A stretch of 64,000 nt of DNA from Occultella glacieicola. GTDB taxonomy: Bacteria; Actinomycetota; Actinomycetes; Actinomycetales; Beutenbergiaceae. The notes beneath the pieces were generated by a model, which saw nothing but the letters and a program-made list of their open reading frames with translations, was not told the origin of the DNA and ran no database searches. The translations under genes were made by a program, and so were the position numbers. The stretch spans positions 62,001 through 126,000 of the forward strand of contig NZ_SMNA01000008.1 of NCBI RefSeq assembly GCF_004353825.1, in the 5' to 3' direction. Below are positions 63,110-64,000 of the stretch, one piece after another (positions within the stretch are counted from its first letter, which is position 1; each line of letters begins with the position of its first letter).

Positions 63110-64000
63110 GGGCGCCGGCCAAGCCGCGCCAGACGAGGCCCACCACCGTCGCCAGGGCCGCGCCGCCGGCCACGCCGGCGGCGACGCGACCGGCCACCAA
63201 GACCACGGCGGGAGCAGCCAAGAAGACCGGGGGCGCCGCCAAGAAGACCACGGAGTCCGCCGCTACGCCGAAGGGGCCGAAGGGGCCGCCGACCACGCTC
63301 GTGAAGCCGACCTCCGCCGTCGGCCGGGGTGCCTCGACGGTGAGCCGGGTCAGCGGCCAACTGGCCGAACGGGTGGCCGAGCGCCGCTCGGCCCGGCGCC
63401 GGCTGCGGTGGCGCACCCTGGCCTGGATCGGTGCCGGCATCCTGGTCGTCGCGGCCCTGAGCTGGCTGGTCCTGTACTCCCCGGTGCTCGCCCTCGAGGA
63501 GGACGAGGTCACGATCAGCGGGACCACCCAGATCGTGACCGACGCCCAGGTCCGGGAGGTCGTCACGGCGCAGGCCGGCGTGCCCCTGGCCCGCCTCGAC
63601 ACGGCCGGCATGGCGGGCGGGATCGAGGCGTTGACCGGTGTGCGGGACGTGCAGATCAGCCGGGTCTGGCCCTCCGGCATCGAGGTGGTGGTCGAGCCAC
63701 GGGTGCCGGTCGCGAGCGTTGCCGCCGAGTCCGGCGGGTTCGTGCTCCTGGATGCCGAGGGCGTGCAGCTGGCGCAGACCGAGGCACCGACCGAGGCGCT
63801 GCCGGTGATCACCGTGCCACTCGGCCAGGACAACACCGCGGCTTCCCTGCAGGCCGTCCTGACCGTGCTCTCGGAACTGCCACCCGAACTGCTCGCCGAG
63901 GTCGCCGACGCGGGCGCGCAGACCCCGAACCAGGTCCGCTTCACCCTCACCGACGGTGCCGAGGTGATCTGGGGGAGCGCGACCGACGGGGAACTGAAGG
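63106..64000 (+). CDS. ftsQ: Cell division protein FtsQ (truncated at window end)
   Basis: ATGA overlap with murC; basic low-complexity N-terminus, TM, YSPVLAL, POTRA domain ...SRVWPSGIEVVVEPRVP. Confidence 0.88.
   Translation, partial: MRAPAKPRQTRPTTVARAAPPATPAATRPATKTTAGAAKKTGGAAKKTTESAATPKGPKGPPTTLVKPTSAVGRGASTVSRVSGQLAERVAERRSARRRLRWRTLAWIGAGILVVAALSWLVLYSPVLALEEDEVTISGTTQIVTDAQVREVVTAQAGVPLARLDTAGMAGGIEALTGVRDVQISRVWPSGIEVVVEPRVPVASVAAESGGFVLLDAEGVQLAQTEAPTEALPVITVPLGQDNTAASLQAVLTVLSELPPELLAEVADAGAQTPNQVRFTLTDGAEVIWGSATDGELK

Overview
High-GC actinobacterial chromosome. Gene order and the MurE motif suggest Micrococcales (inference). From left to right: an IclR-linked 2-oxoacid/acetoin dehydrogenase E1alpha-E1beta pair with a free-standing lipoyl domain; a GNAT; a LacI-controlled, hydrolase-free sugar cluster (ABC transporter, fused GMC oxidoreductase, ThuA-like protein, Gfo/Idh/MocA enzyme); recA-recX; gluABCD; miaB, two YbjN-like genes, miaA, dapF; a DUF222/HNH (13E12-like) gene with internal repeats between an RsmC-like methyltransferase and hflX; dinG, ldh, lexA, LysM gene, nrdR; a frameshifted aldo-keto reductase; serA, helD, PAC2, cspA; a SAV_6107-like HEPN gene with dinB behind a perfect SOS box; moxR-DUF58-transglutaminase; and the dcw cluster from mraZ to a truncated ftsQ. 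No tRNA, rRNA, CRISPR array or transposase was seen. The most interesting signals are regulatory. (i) A shared TCCACA-N21-24-TGTCGG-N10-TAnnnT layout lies upstream of recA, the HNH gene and, in degenerate form, dinG. (ii) The uncharacterised HEPN-like gene is under LexA control together with dinB. (iii) The HNH gene carries both PafBC-type and LexA sites. (iv) MraZ-box-like repeats occur on both sides of mraZ. (v) Three promoters have a WhiB7-like layout. All family calls come from motif recognition by eye; no database search was run.
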